Shown here in pieces: positions 54,885-63,295 of a DNA stretch of 64,000 nt; the first letter of the stretch is position 1, and every line of letters starts with the position of its first letter. The DNA lies in assembly GCA_965248535.1 (NCBI GenBank), contig CBDFJR010000002.1:320001-384000 (forward strand), in the 5' to 3' direction. Position numbers and translations under genes: made by a program. The notes beneath the pieces were generated by a model, which was given only the letters and a program-made list of their open reading frames with translations, made no database searches and was not told where the DNA came from. The DNA is from Phormidesmis sp. GTDB taxonomy: Bacteria; Cyanobacteriota; Cyanobacteriia; Leptolyngbyales; Leptolyngbyaceae.

Positions 54885-55256
54885 CTATAGTTGAATGGTT
54901 GTTTTGTTGTGCAACTCCTCTACTTGAATCAGTGCACCACTACCCAGAACAATGTTGAATTTCACTAAAGAACGTTCAACCTGATAACCGGGCAACACTC
55001 GAACAACTTGATACTCTGTGGTCAAATCACTCGTGCCATCCCACTTCAGAAATGCCAGTTGATTGGATGCGATTTCACTCAGTTCTGAGACAAACTCTTC
55101 AATGCTGTCGCTAACATTCACGAGAATGCCAGACGGCACAAAGAGATAACGCTCTTGTAAATCCAAAGTCACACTCACCCGATATCGCTTTTCGATTGAG
55201 AATCGCAACTCAACCGTAAACGAAATCGAGCTAGGCACGATCGTCCTAACTGCCAT
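54885..55256 (-). CDS. Orphan hypothetical protein (123 aa)
   Basis: AAGAGGA RBS inside a hairpin; downstream hairpin GTTAGGGAG/CTCCCTAAC. Confidence 0.65.
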   Translation of the reverse strand: MAVRTIVPSSISFTVELRFSIEKRYRVSVTLDLQERYLFVPSGILVNVSDSIEEFVSELSEIASNQLAFLKWDGTSDLTTEYQVVRVLPGYQVERSLVKFNIVLGSGALIQVEELHNKTTIQL

Positions 55257-55273
55257 AGTTTTTGTCCTCTTAG

Positions 55274-55393
55274 TTAAGTTAAAGAGGACAAAAACGCGGA
55301 TCTCTCAGACATTGGGTTGGGGTGAAATCTGTATGCAGGATCTTGATTCCAGCCTTTCAAGATCCCATAGCAAAGCCGACGGTGTACAATCAT
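55274..55393 (-). CDS. Putative 39-aa leader peptide (not in ORF track)
   Basis: Perfect AGGAGG 5 nt before ATG; MIVHRRLCYGILKGWNQDPAYRFHPNPMSERSAFLSSLT*; stop codon lies in the hairpin loop. Confidence 0.55.
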   Translation of the reverse strand: MIVHRRLCYGILKGWNQDPAYRFHPNPMSERSAFLSSLT

Positions 55394-55396
55394 GAA

Positions 55397-55487
55397 CGCC
55401 TCCTGAGTTATGAACGCTAACTAGGGATGGAAGTCCTCGGAGTTCTGATGCGCCACATCAGACTTCGGGGCACAACTCCATCACTGC
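55397..55487 (+). ncRNA. Putative cis-antisense RNA
   Basis: TACAAT at 55385-55390; long hairpin 55426-55482 with G-U pairs valid only on the + strand. Confidence 0.5.
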
Positions 55488-55677
55488 GGTGTATTGTACA
55501 AGAGTTTTTTGTTTTTTGGAATGCTGAGTTTTTTGGAGAGGGAAGCGATCGGTTTTTGGGGAAGAGAGGGGGGCGATCGTGAATTCTCCCTAATTTATGT
55601 TCCAGTCGTTTACTTTCGGCTCCCTCAAAATCGAAAACTCTGAGCGCCATTCCGTATAATTACCCGAAATCGGAGAG

Positions 55678-55769
55678 TTATCCTGTGGGAATTCAGGATA
55701 ATTCCTGAAGAAACAGGAGTTATCCTGAATTCCATACGGCATAGTTTCTTTGAAGGAGTATTTATCCTG
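55678..55769. repeat. TTATCCTG array and 20-bp inverted repeat
   Basis: Direct copies at 55678, 55720 and 55762; inverted copy at 55694; inverted repeat 55688-55707/55714-55733. Confidence 0.7.
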
Positions 55770-55843
55770 TTTGATAGGAGTTCAAACGGCAGAAATAATA
55801 GTTAGACCTCAAATTCAGTTATTTCCCACGAAGCATAATCACC

Positions 55844-56275
55844 ATGAAAAAGCTTGTTGCCTGTATTGCCTGCCTCACGGTTGCCTTACACTTAAATCTC
55901 GCTATTGCGAATGCTCAGCGAAGTAGTCGTTCGCTTTGGAATGCCTTTGTAGAGGGAGTTTTTAGTGAGTTTGGAGCACAAGCTACACGGGGAATTCTCG
56001 ATGTACTATTTGGTTCAAGTGGTAATGCACAAGTTGCCCAGAGGTCACAAAGACCAATTATCTGTATTGTTAATGATCCAACTGATACACCTCTCAACGT
56101 TAGAGAAACACCTAATGATCCTGTGATTCTGGCAAGTTTGCCTAGTGGACCGAGAGTAATTCCTTACAAGATTGGATACGATGAGAGAAATCGTTATTGG
56201 GTTCTTGTGGGAGACTCTAAACAACCTTGGGGTTGGGTTTTTGGAAGTTATGTATCGTGCGGATTGGATTCTTGA
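55844..56275 (+). CDS. Secreted protein with SH3b-like domain
   Basis: Signal peptide MKKLVAC...ANA; VNDPTDTPLNVRETPN...WV...GWV. Confidence 0.75.
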   Translation: MKKLVACIACLTVALHLNLAIANAQRSSRSLWNAFVEGVFSEFGAQATRGILDVLFGSSGNAQVAQRSQRPIICIVNDPTDTPLNVRETPNDPVILASLPSGPRVIPYKIGYDERNRYWVLVGDSKQPWGWVFGSYVSCGLDS

Positions 56276-56340
56276 TTCAGGCTTGGTCAGGCTTGAGACT
56301 TGTAAAATAAATTAAAATATTGACAGCTCTGAATTGAAGG

Positions 56341-56852
56341 TCACTCGCCTGCAATTTGCAAAATGGTTGTATACAGTTCATTACCAACGCGAAAATCAGC
56401 TTGTTCAACCAATTGATCTACCAGTGGTTTAACAGCTTCAATTAAGTTGTTTTGTTTCGCTTGAACAAGTACACCCAATAAACCAGTGACCTGCAAACCA
56501 TAGCTTGTTGCCACAATACGCCCTCGGCGTTCATCCATTAAAAGTAAATCAGCTTTGAGTTCTAATGCTAGGGCGATCGCTTCAGCTTCACCCAAGTCAA
56601 TGTTTTCTTCACTTTCCTGAATTGTGCTTACTCGTTGTTGATCCACAACTGCCTGAGTTTGAATCCAGGGTAAGGTTTGCACCTCCATAGCACCAGGAAC
56701 AGGTTTACCGACATTGACCATCTCGTCGTAGACGGCTACTGGAATAATGATGCGGATATACAGTCTTTGTAGCAAATCTAGCTGTCCAATAGCTAAAAAA
56801 ACACAAAAGCTGCTAGATTCGTAATCGGTGATGTATCACTAACAACAATTAC
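56341..56852 (-). pseudogene. DUF3368 / PIN-like toxin disrupted by a 17-bp insertion
   Basis: IVVSDTSPITNLAA [insertion] IGQLDLLQRLY...DLGEAEAIALA..LMDERRGR. Confidence 0.8.
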
Positions 56853-57094
56853 AATAGCCTCATCGACTGCAAAGTCTTAACATCTGCCTGAAAATCCTCG
56901 ACATCATAGTTGATGTAAAGCCCTCGCTTAGCAAGTTCGTGCTGAAACTCAATTACCGTCAGTCCAGTCCAAGCACGAGCCTTGCCACTACTGATTTTTT
57001 CTTGCTTGTAGAGCATAATAGCGATTTCTAGTTTTAGTTCATCCTCCGTCATTCTTGTTGCGCGGAGAATGTCGTCAGGGATTAAGACAGTCAT
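56849..57094 (-). CDS. UPF0175 family antitoxin-like protein
   Basis: ELKLEIAIMLYKQEKISSGKA...EFQHELAKRG..INYDVEDF. Confidence 0.85.
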   Translation of the reverse strand: MTVLIPDDILRATRMTEDELKLEIAIMLYKQEKISSGKARAWTGLTVIEFQHELAKRGLYINYDVEDFQADVKTLQSMRLL

Positions 57095-57164
57095 AAGAAT
57101 TATGCTTGGAATCGCTTACTCTACAATTTTAAGGTATGGGGAGCAGAAGCGTGGGATAGTCGCA

Positions 57165-57251
57165 GTCTAACAACCCGGTTGGAGCGGACTGACGCGAGAT
57201 CTTAGTGGGGGAACAAAGATTCATTGCAGCCGCTTAACCGGAACGTTCTAC
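57165..57251 (+). mobile_element. Integron attC-like recombination site (87 bp)
   Basis: R'' GTCTAAC, 5-nt spacer, L'' GGTTGGAG ... L' CTTAACC, 5-nt spacer, R' GTTCTAC; arms carry two unpaired bases. Confidence 0.72.
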
Positions 57252-57287
57252 TGCTTGAGATTTCTGTAAGGACAATTCGCCTCCGCT

Positions 57288-57707
57288 ATGGCATCTAATG
57301 AAGAGAAGCAGCGTCGGATGGAAATTCGGCGAGATATTGGAAATCGAAAGGTTGGAGTTTCTCAATCTCTACCTTATTTTTCCTATCGGTATTTGGGCGC
57401 TCATGCCTGTTTCAATTGTCAAAAAAGTTTCAAGTTGAGTTACGAAAAAGAGCATATTTGCTCAGATTGTGGCGATAAGATTTATCTGATGGGACGCTCG
57501 TTTAAAGCTCCAAAGCGGGGTGATCGTCAGCAGTGGAAGAAAGTCCAAAAACTGTATGCGTTAGGATTCCGATTTCATAGCTACGGTGGGGATTACCCAC
57601 CACTGCCAGAGCGTTTACGAGAGGTAGATCGATTTGTCGAGCAGCATCCTGAGCATGAACTCCGAGTTGCAGAACCAAATCGATCGCTACTACCAGATGA
57701 GCAGTAA
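57288..57707 (+). CDS. Hypothetical Cys-rich protein (cassette-like)
   Basis: ACFNCQKSFK, CSDCG and MGRSFKAPK...WKKV..L...GFRF motifs. Confidence 0.75.
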   Translation: MASNEEKQRRMEIRRDIGNRKVGVSQSLPYFSYRYLGAHACFNCQKSFKLSYEKEHICSDCGDKIYLMGRSFKAPKRGDRQQWKKVQKLYALGFRFHSYGGDYPPLPERLREVDRFVEQHPEHELRVAEPNRSLLPDEQ

Positions 57708-57781
57708 CTCTGCCAAGACTGGCAAATATTGGCTGCTAGAATAGAGGGGCTTCTTCTTACTGAATCATCGCGAATTGGCTT

Positions 57782-58012
57782 ATGTCCTCCCCTGCTATCA
57801 CAACAATTGTAAAGATGGTTGAATCTTTGCCGGATGACTTGCAAGAAAAAGTTGCAGAGCATATTCGAGAGTACATTGCTGATTTGGAAGATGAGCAGCA
57901 ATGGGACAGTTCATTTAAGCGAACACAAGAAAATTTAGTTGCGGCGGCTCGGAAAGCAAAACAAGAGATTGCAGCGGGTGAATCAGTACCGATGGATTAT
58001 GAGCAGCTATGA
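57782..58012 (+). CDS. Putative antitoxin
   Basis: LEDEQQWDSSF..TQENL..AARKAKQEIAAG; ATGA overlap with the toxin start. Confidence 0.75.
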   Translation: MSSPAITTIVKMVESLPDDLQEKVAEHIREYIADLEDEQQWDSSFKRTQENLVAAARKAKQEIAAGESVPMDYEQL

Positions 58013-58131
58013 GGTCAGCAACGCTGCCGTCCTTCTGGGAGAATTATCGAGAACTGAGTGGTGGAGTGAGAGCAGGAGCAAGAAAAGCATATCGATTGTG
58101 GGCAGAGAACCCATTTCATCCGTCGCTGCAC
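58009..58131 (+). pseudogene. Truncated RelE/ParE-like toxin
   Basis: SFWENYREL....ARKAYRLWAENPFHPSLH, after which similarity is lost. Confidence 0.65.
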
Positions 58132-58239
58132 GCAATTAAGCGCCGACAAGTTAGCTCCCCCATCCGGGTTCATCTCCCTGTCGAGCTTTACGGCTCCTCC
58201 CTGCTCTCTGACGTTCAGCCCTTCACCCTATCTCACCCA

Positions 58240-58482
58240 TTACGATGAGCGTTTGGCTACTGTTAGAAACTCAACTAAACTAGCTAGAGCAGCAGCTAAC
58301 TCCGCAGTTTCTATAGGCTGGGTCAGACAAACCTGGAAGCCAGAGCGAAGAGCTTGTCTACAATCGATAGAACTTGTAGAAGCGATGAGGGCGATCGTCG
58401 CAATTCGATTGCCTTGGGCTGACTCAAGCTTATGAATTTGACGAATTAGCGTGTATGCCTGGCTGTCTGATATCTCGGTCAA
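58240..58482 (-). pseudogene. Response-regulator receiver domain fragment
   Basis: AYTLIRQI...IALIAS...ALRSGFQVCLTQPI; N-terminal half missing; conserved KP is QP. Confidence 0.55.
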
Positions 58483-58716
58483 CTCTGGGAAATCGTCCAG
58501 GATTCCTGTAGAAGACCTTCTTGGTGCTAACTAACCTCAACATCATACACAGTGCGCATCTGCCTGATGCAAGGCTTTCCACCCCGCTTGCCTGGCTCAA
58601 TAGTGGTGATGTCTCCAGCGCAAGCTAATCTGGTTGCATTCTCGATCGCTTGATTGATCAACATCAGTCAATCACCGAAATTTTTGCTGCTGTTAGGGTT
58701 TAGATACTTTTTCCCT

Positions 58717-59430
58717 TCAGCGCAGCAACCGCTCTCGTTTAACCCAATAGTGCAAAAACACCTCCTCACCCACAGGTCGAACGTCTAACAATTTTAGGCG
58801 AGGAGCAACTTCTGCCAAAAAACCCACGCCTTCCACTGGAGTCGGAGCGGCTGCGCCCCCCAAAATCAATGGGCAGACCGTCAGCCAGAGTTCATCAATG
58901 AGGTCTGCGGCAAACAGCGATGCGACTAGTTCACCGCCGCCCAAAATCGCCAACCGACCCAAACCCAGAGCAGAGAGTTGTTTTAAGGCTTCTGGCCAGT
59001 CGATTTTTGACGAACCTGCTTTTGACTCAGCGACTAGAATTCGTTCAAACTCAGCCCGATCGTGCCATCTCTCTGCCCCGATCGTCGTCGTCAACAACCA
59101 CCGCGGCACTGGCTGCATAAAAAACCGGGCGTGGCAATCTAGCACGGCTGAACCCGAACAGACGATTTGCACGGGCTGAAGAGGCTTTCCTTGCTGTTGC
59201 CGTTGGTTTAGCAAATCAGAATGGGCAACCTTGAGGGTAGTGCCATAGACCTTTAAGGTTCCCGCTCCAAACAAGACGGCATCTGATTGAGCGACTTGCG
59301 TTTCGAGATGGAGTTTGTCGATCGCACTGCCAAACCGAGCCGGGGCACGAGTTGCATCCGCAATTTTGCCGTCTGCACTCATGGCTAAAATAACCGTTGT
59401 GTGAGGAAACTGATGGTCAGGGTCGGGCAT
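58717..59430 (-). CDS. RibD C-terminal (reductase) domain protein
   Basis: AMSADGKI, DAVLFGAGT, ILGGGEL and DELWLTVCPLILGG motifs. Confidence 0.88.
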   Translation of the reverse strand: MPDPDHQFPHTTVILAMSADGKIADATRAPARFGSAIDKLHLETQVAQSDAVLFGAGTLKVYGTTLKVAHSDLLNQRQQQGKPLQPVQIVCSGSAVLDCHARFFMQPVPRWLLTTTIGAERWHDRAEFERILVAESKAGSSKIDWPEALKQLSALGLGRLAILGGGELVASLFAADLIDELWLTVCPLILGGAAAPTPVEGVGFLAEVAPRLKLLDVRPVGEEVFLHYWVKRERLLR

Positions 59431-59586
59431 AGGCAGCGATCGTCACCTGCGCTAGGTGAGTCTTATGGCACGATTCAGATCCCATCTCTTTTAGAAATAG
59501 GATGAACTTCATGAGTCAAATCGCTAAAATATTCAATTATAGATTGACTTTTCAGGTTGAATTTTCTAAGTTCAGATACTCTCTAT

Positions 59587-61014
59587 CAAAGCGCCGGAGA
59601 ACTGCAACCATAACGGTACTCCGTTTGGTCGTATGGGGGTAGGCGGCTTGCCGGAGGTACGGAGTCAAGCAATCTCTTAAGTATCTACACAGATGATATC
59701 TCAGTGTAGATATGCTAATATCGCAGCATGATTACTTTCACCTACGAGTACAAGCTGATTCCCACACCCGAACAAGCAGACCTCATTGACCATGTGTTAG
59801 AGGTTTGCCGCAAGGTGTGGAATTTTGCGTTGAAAGAAAGCAAAGATTGGAGCGCTTCCCGCAAGTGCCCCATCAACGCTTGCTCACTCGTGGCTGAATA
59901 CATCATGGCTCCTGATGCGCCCTACCCTAACTACCACAAACAAGCTAAATCACTGACGACAGCAAAGACGACTAACCCTGAATTGGGCAGCGTCAACGCA
60001 CAGGTGTTGCAGCAGGTTTTAAGGACACTGGATAGAGCCTTTGAGGATATGAAAACGAGAGGGTTGGGCTTCCCTAGATTCAAGAAATGGGGTAGGCAAC
60101 GCTCTTTTGTGTTCCCGCAAATGCTCAAAAACCCGATGGTGGGAGATACGGTCAAGTTGCCGCAACTGGGCGTTGTCAGACTGCGGTTATCTCGCCCCAT
60201 TCCAGATGGGTTTGAGATTAAGCAAGCCCGAATTGTGAAACGAGCATCGGGGTACTTTGTGATGCTGTCTTTGCAGGCAGATGTCACGATTCCTGATGCG
60301 CCGATTCACGGTCATCCCTTGGGTGTGGACGTGGGGTTAAAATCCTTCTTTGCCACCTCAGACGGAGAGTTAGTGTCGCGTCCTAAATTCTTCAAATCCC
60401 TGCACCGCCAGTTGGAATTACTGCAACGCAGACTGAAGAGAAAGAAACTAGGCTCGAATAATCGACGCAAACTCAACCAGAAAATCGCCAGAGTTCATGA
60501 ACGGATTTCGGACACTCGCACGGACTTTCACTTCAAGCAGGCTCATCATCTCTGCGACCAAGCGGGCATGATTTTTGTTGAGGATTTGGACTTCCGCATC
60601 ATGGCAAAAGGAATGTTGGGCAAACAGACGCTCGATGCTGGATTTGGGCAGTTCCTGAATCAAATCTTGCCCTGGGTGTGCTGGAAGCGAAGCGTTCATT
60701 TTGGCAAGGTAAATCCCAACGGCACCAGTCAAACTTGCCCCAACTGCGAAGCGCACACGGGCAAGAAGGAGTTGAGTGAGCGAGTTCACCACTGCCAAGA
60801 ATGCGGTTACACCACGAACCGGGATGTGGCGGCCGGACAAGTGATCCGCAATCGAGGTCTTTCTGCGCTGGGGCACAGCGTGAATGAAACGGTCTGTGGA
60901 GGCGTACTGACGGGGGCAGCAATGTCTAGTCAAGTGCCTGTGAAGCAGAAACCTAAGTCGTGAGTCTTAGGTTTCTGCGTCCATACCCGCAGGGTTGGGC
61001 GTAGAGGATGTCAA
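59587..61014 (+). mobile_element. IS200/IS605-family element, tnpB only (IS1341-like)
   Basis: Related subterminal hairpins CTGCAACCATAACGG..CCGTTTGGTCGTA (left) and CTGCGTCCATACCC..GGGTTGGGCGTA (right); right end TCAA; left boundary approximate. Confidence 0.7.
59728..60963 (+). CDS. tnpB: RNA-guided endonuclease TnpB
   Basis: YEYKLIPT, GFPRFK, RuvC GVDVGL / VEDL / RDVAA, zinc finger CPNC..CQEC. Confidence 0.95.
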   Translation: MITFTYEYKLIPTPEQADLIDHVLEVCRKVWNFALKESKDWSASRKCPINACSLVAEYIMAPDAPYPNYHKQAKSLTTAKTTNPELGSVNAQVLQQVLRTLDRAFEDMKTRGLGFPRFKKWGRQRSFVFPQMLKNPMVGDTVKLPQLGVVRLRLSRPIPDGFEIKQARIVKRASGYFVMLSLQADVTIPDAPIHGHPLGVDVGLKSFFATSDGELVSRPKFFKSLHRQLELLQRRLKRKKLGSNNRRKLNQKIARVHERISDTRTDFHFKQAHHLCDQAGMIFVEDLDFRIMAKGMLGKQTLDAGFGQFLNQILPWVCWKRSVHFGKVNPNGTSQTCPNCEAHTGKKELSERVHHCQECGYTTNRDVAAGQVIRNRGLSALGHSVNETVCGGVLTGAAMSSQVPVKQKPKS

Positions 61015-61219
61015 TGTTTCTCAGCTAACTATCGCTTTAAGCCGACGATTAGGGCGCTTTGAGCGCGTGTTTATCACTATTCTCAGATTTTGTTTCAACC
61101 CTATCCAAGCTTGACCTTTTGAGGGGTGGCGATCTGGCCTCTCAGCGTGGGGTGCTGACAGCGCCTCATGCAGTCTCAGGTGGTTGTGAGGGAGAGTCAG
61201 TTTCAGATTATCAGCGCTT

Positions 61220-63235
61220 ATGACTAAACTCGGACACTCCTCTTTTCGTCGCATCTTGCTGGCGCGGCTTTTGCTCCTCAGCATCCCCGTTTTGCTGACC
61301 GGAGAAATCGTCGCGTATCGCAAAGCTCGATCGGGGCTGCTCGAAACGGCCCGCCATAATTTGACGATCAGCGCGGTCAGAAAGGGGGAAAGTGTTCGAG
61401 ATGCCCTCACGTCTCTGAAGACCAGTTTGGCGATCGCCACCACCGCCTCGGCGCTTCAGTCTCAGCAGCCTGCCAACGTTAAGGAATTTTTAGCGCAGTT
61501 GCAGCAGTCTTCAGCGATCGAGGTGCAGTGTGTGCAGCTCACAGATGCTCAAACCCGGCAGATTGTAGCTAGCACTTGTGGGCAATCGGCGATCGCCCAG
61601 TCTCCAGAAAACCCCTGGCCAAAGCAGCAGAGGGGCGGGCTAATCAAACCCGCATCGGTGCAAATGTCTCTCGGCCAACCGTCGCGTTCATCAACCCCTA
61701 CTGATGATCAGCTTCGCCTTGTGTTGAGTGCTCCGGTCTATGGGGCCCAAACTTCTAAGAGTCTGGTTAGCCCACTTCGCTATGTTTTAAGCCTCCAGTC
61801 TGCGCTGCATCAAACCGATCGTGACTCCCCAAGCGTGACGGTGGGCTACACGGTGATTATTAGCGAAGACGGCACTATTTTTGCACACCCTGACCCCGAT
61901 CGGGTCGGGCAGTCGATCGCCCAAGATCGCAACGCCGATCGCTGGCAAACACTGCTCAAAGACGCGATTGCTGGCAAACAAGAGTCACTCTATCTCTTCC
62001 CGCTTGAAGAAAACGGGGCAGATTGGCTAGCGGGCTACAGTTCTGTGCAGATTTCCAGCGAGGGAACTGCCCGAACTTGGGTCATTTTAGCCGCAACGCC
62101 TCTCACAACAGCGCTTTCTAGCCTGAATGGGATTCAACAAGTCCTGTTAATTTTGATGGTTGGGCTGTTGATGGCAATCTTGCTAGCAACGCTTTATATT
62201 GCTAGAGATTTAGCTCGCCCGATCGAGCAACTCAGCGACTATGCTTTGCAAATTCGAGACCGTTGTTCCTCCGATCGGGCACCCAAAAACTTCAAAGTTA
62301 AAGAACTCAATCACCTAGCCGAAGCCCTTGATAGCATGGTCGAGCGGCTCGAAGAACGAGCAGAAGAACTCCAAACCGCCTGGCAAGAAGCCCAGATTGC
62401 TAACCAGCTAAAAAGCGAGTTTTTGGCTACCACCTCCCATGAATTGCGGACTCCTCTCAATGCCATTATTGGCTGCGTTCGTCTGGTGAGAGATGGCTGC
62501 TGCGACGATCGAGCCGAAGAATTAGAATTCTTGCAACAAGCCGATGACGCTGCCCTTCATCTGCTGAAGATCATCAACGATCTGTTAGACATTGCCAAAA
62601 TCGAGGCAGGCAAAGTCGAACTCAACTTGCAGCCTGTGCCCATGCAGGATCTCTGCCGCCAGTGTCTCAAAATGGTTGAGCCAGGGGCAGAAATGAAGCG
62701 ATTGAGACTCATTTTAGAGCTAGACGATCGCGTCGATCTCGCCCTCATTGATGAACGCCGCGTGAGACAAATGGTGATTAATCTGCTCTCTAATGCAGTC
62801 AAATTTACGCCCGAAGGGGGGCAGGTGACGCTGAAAGCTAGGCTGGCCCAAGGGCATCAACTAGAGCAAGATACTCGCCCTGACCACAGCCCGGTTAACC
62901 CCAACACGCCTTATCTGTGTTTAGAAGTCCAAGATTCAGGCATCGGCATTCCTAAAGATCGCTGGCACCTATTGTTTCGTCCGTTTCAGCAAATTGACTC
63001 GTCGCTGACTCGCAAACACGAAGGCACCGGGTTAGGGTTGGCGCTAACCAAACGCCTCGCCGAACTGCATGGCGGAACGCTGTCGTTTGACTCAGTTCCA
63101 AGCCACGGCAGCCTGTTTCGGATCTGGCTACCCCTGCTCGAACCCATGCCTACAAATGTGGCTAGAGTCACGATCGACTCGGCAGACTTCATCGTCCCAC
63201 CCCCTCAACTGAGTGAGACAACCTCTCTTAACTGA
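61220..63235 (+). CDS. Membrane sensor histidine kinase (Cache-HAMP-HisKA-HATPase)
   Basis: Two TMs; SHELRTPL, NLLSNAVKFT, DSGIGI and GTGLGL motifs. Confidence 0.93.
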   Translation: MTKLGHSSFRRILLARLLLLSIPVLLTGEIVAYRKARSGLLETARHNLTISAVRKGESVRDALTSLKTSLAIATTASALQSQQPANVKEFLAQLQQSSAIEVQCVQLTDAQTRQIVASTCGQSAIAQSPENPWPKQQRGGLIKPASVQMSLGQPSRSSTPTDDQLRLVLSAPVYGAQTSKSLVSPLRYVLSLQSALHQTDRDSPSVTVGYTVIISEDGTIFAHPDPDRVGQSIAQDRNADRWQTLLKDAIAGKQESLYLFPLEENGADWLAGYSSVQISSEGTARTWVILAATPLTTALSSLNGIQQVLLILMVGLLMAILLATLYIARDLARPIEQLSDYALQIRDRCSSDRAPKNFKVKELNHLAEALDSMVERLEERAEELQTAWQEAQIANQLKSEFLATTSHELRTPLNAIIGCVRLVRDGCCDDRAEELEFLQQADDAALHLLKIINDLLDIAKIEAGKVELNLQPVPMQDLCRQCLKMVEPGAEMKRLRLILELDDRVDLALIDERRVRQMVINLLSNAVKFTPEGGQVTLKARLAQGHQLEQDTRPDHSPVNPNTPYLCLEVQDSGIGIPKDRWHLLFRPFQQIDSSLTRKHEGTGLGLALTKRLAELHGGTLSFDSVPSHGSLFRIWLPLLEPMPTNVARVTIDSADFIVPPPQLSETTSLN

Positions 63236-63295
63236 CTTCCTGCATCCTTCCCAACCCACTAAAGAATCGTGGCCAGTTCACGATCTTAAGTAAAG

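Noticed and set aside
55417..55650. 77-aa ORF upstream of the leader peptide
   Set aside because: Low-complexity sequence with no RBS that crosses the predicted promoter and RNA hairpin
55678..55769. Regularly spaced repeats as a CRISPR array
   Set aside because: The repeat is only 8 bp with a 42-bp period and there are no cas genes; no CRISPR array was seen in the window
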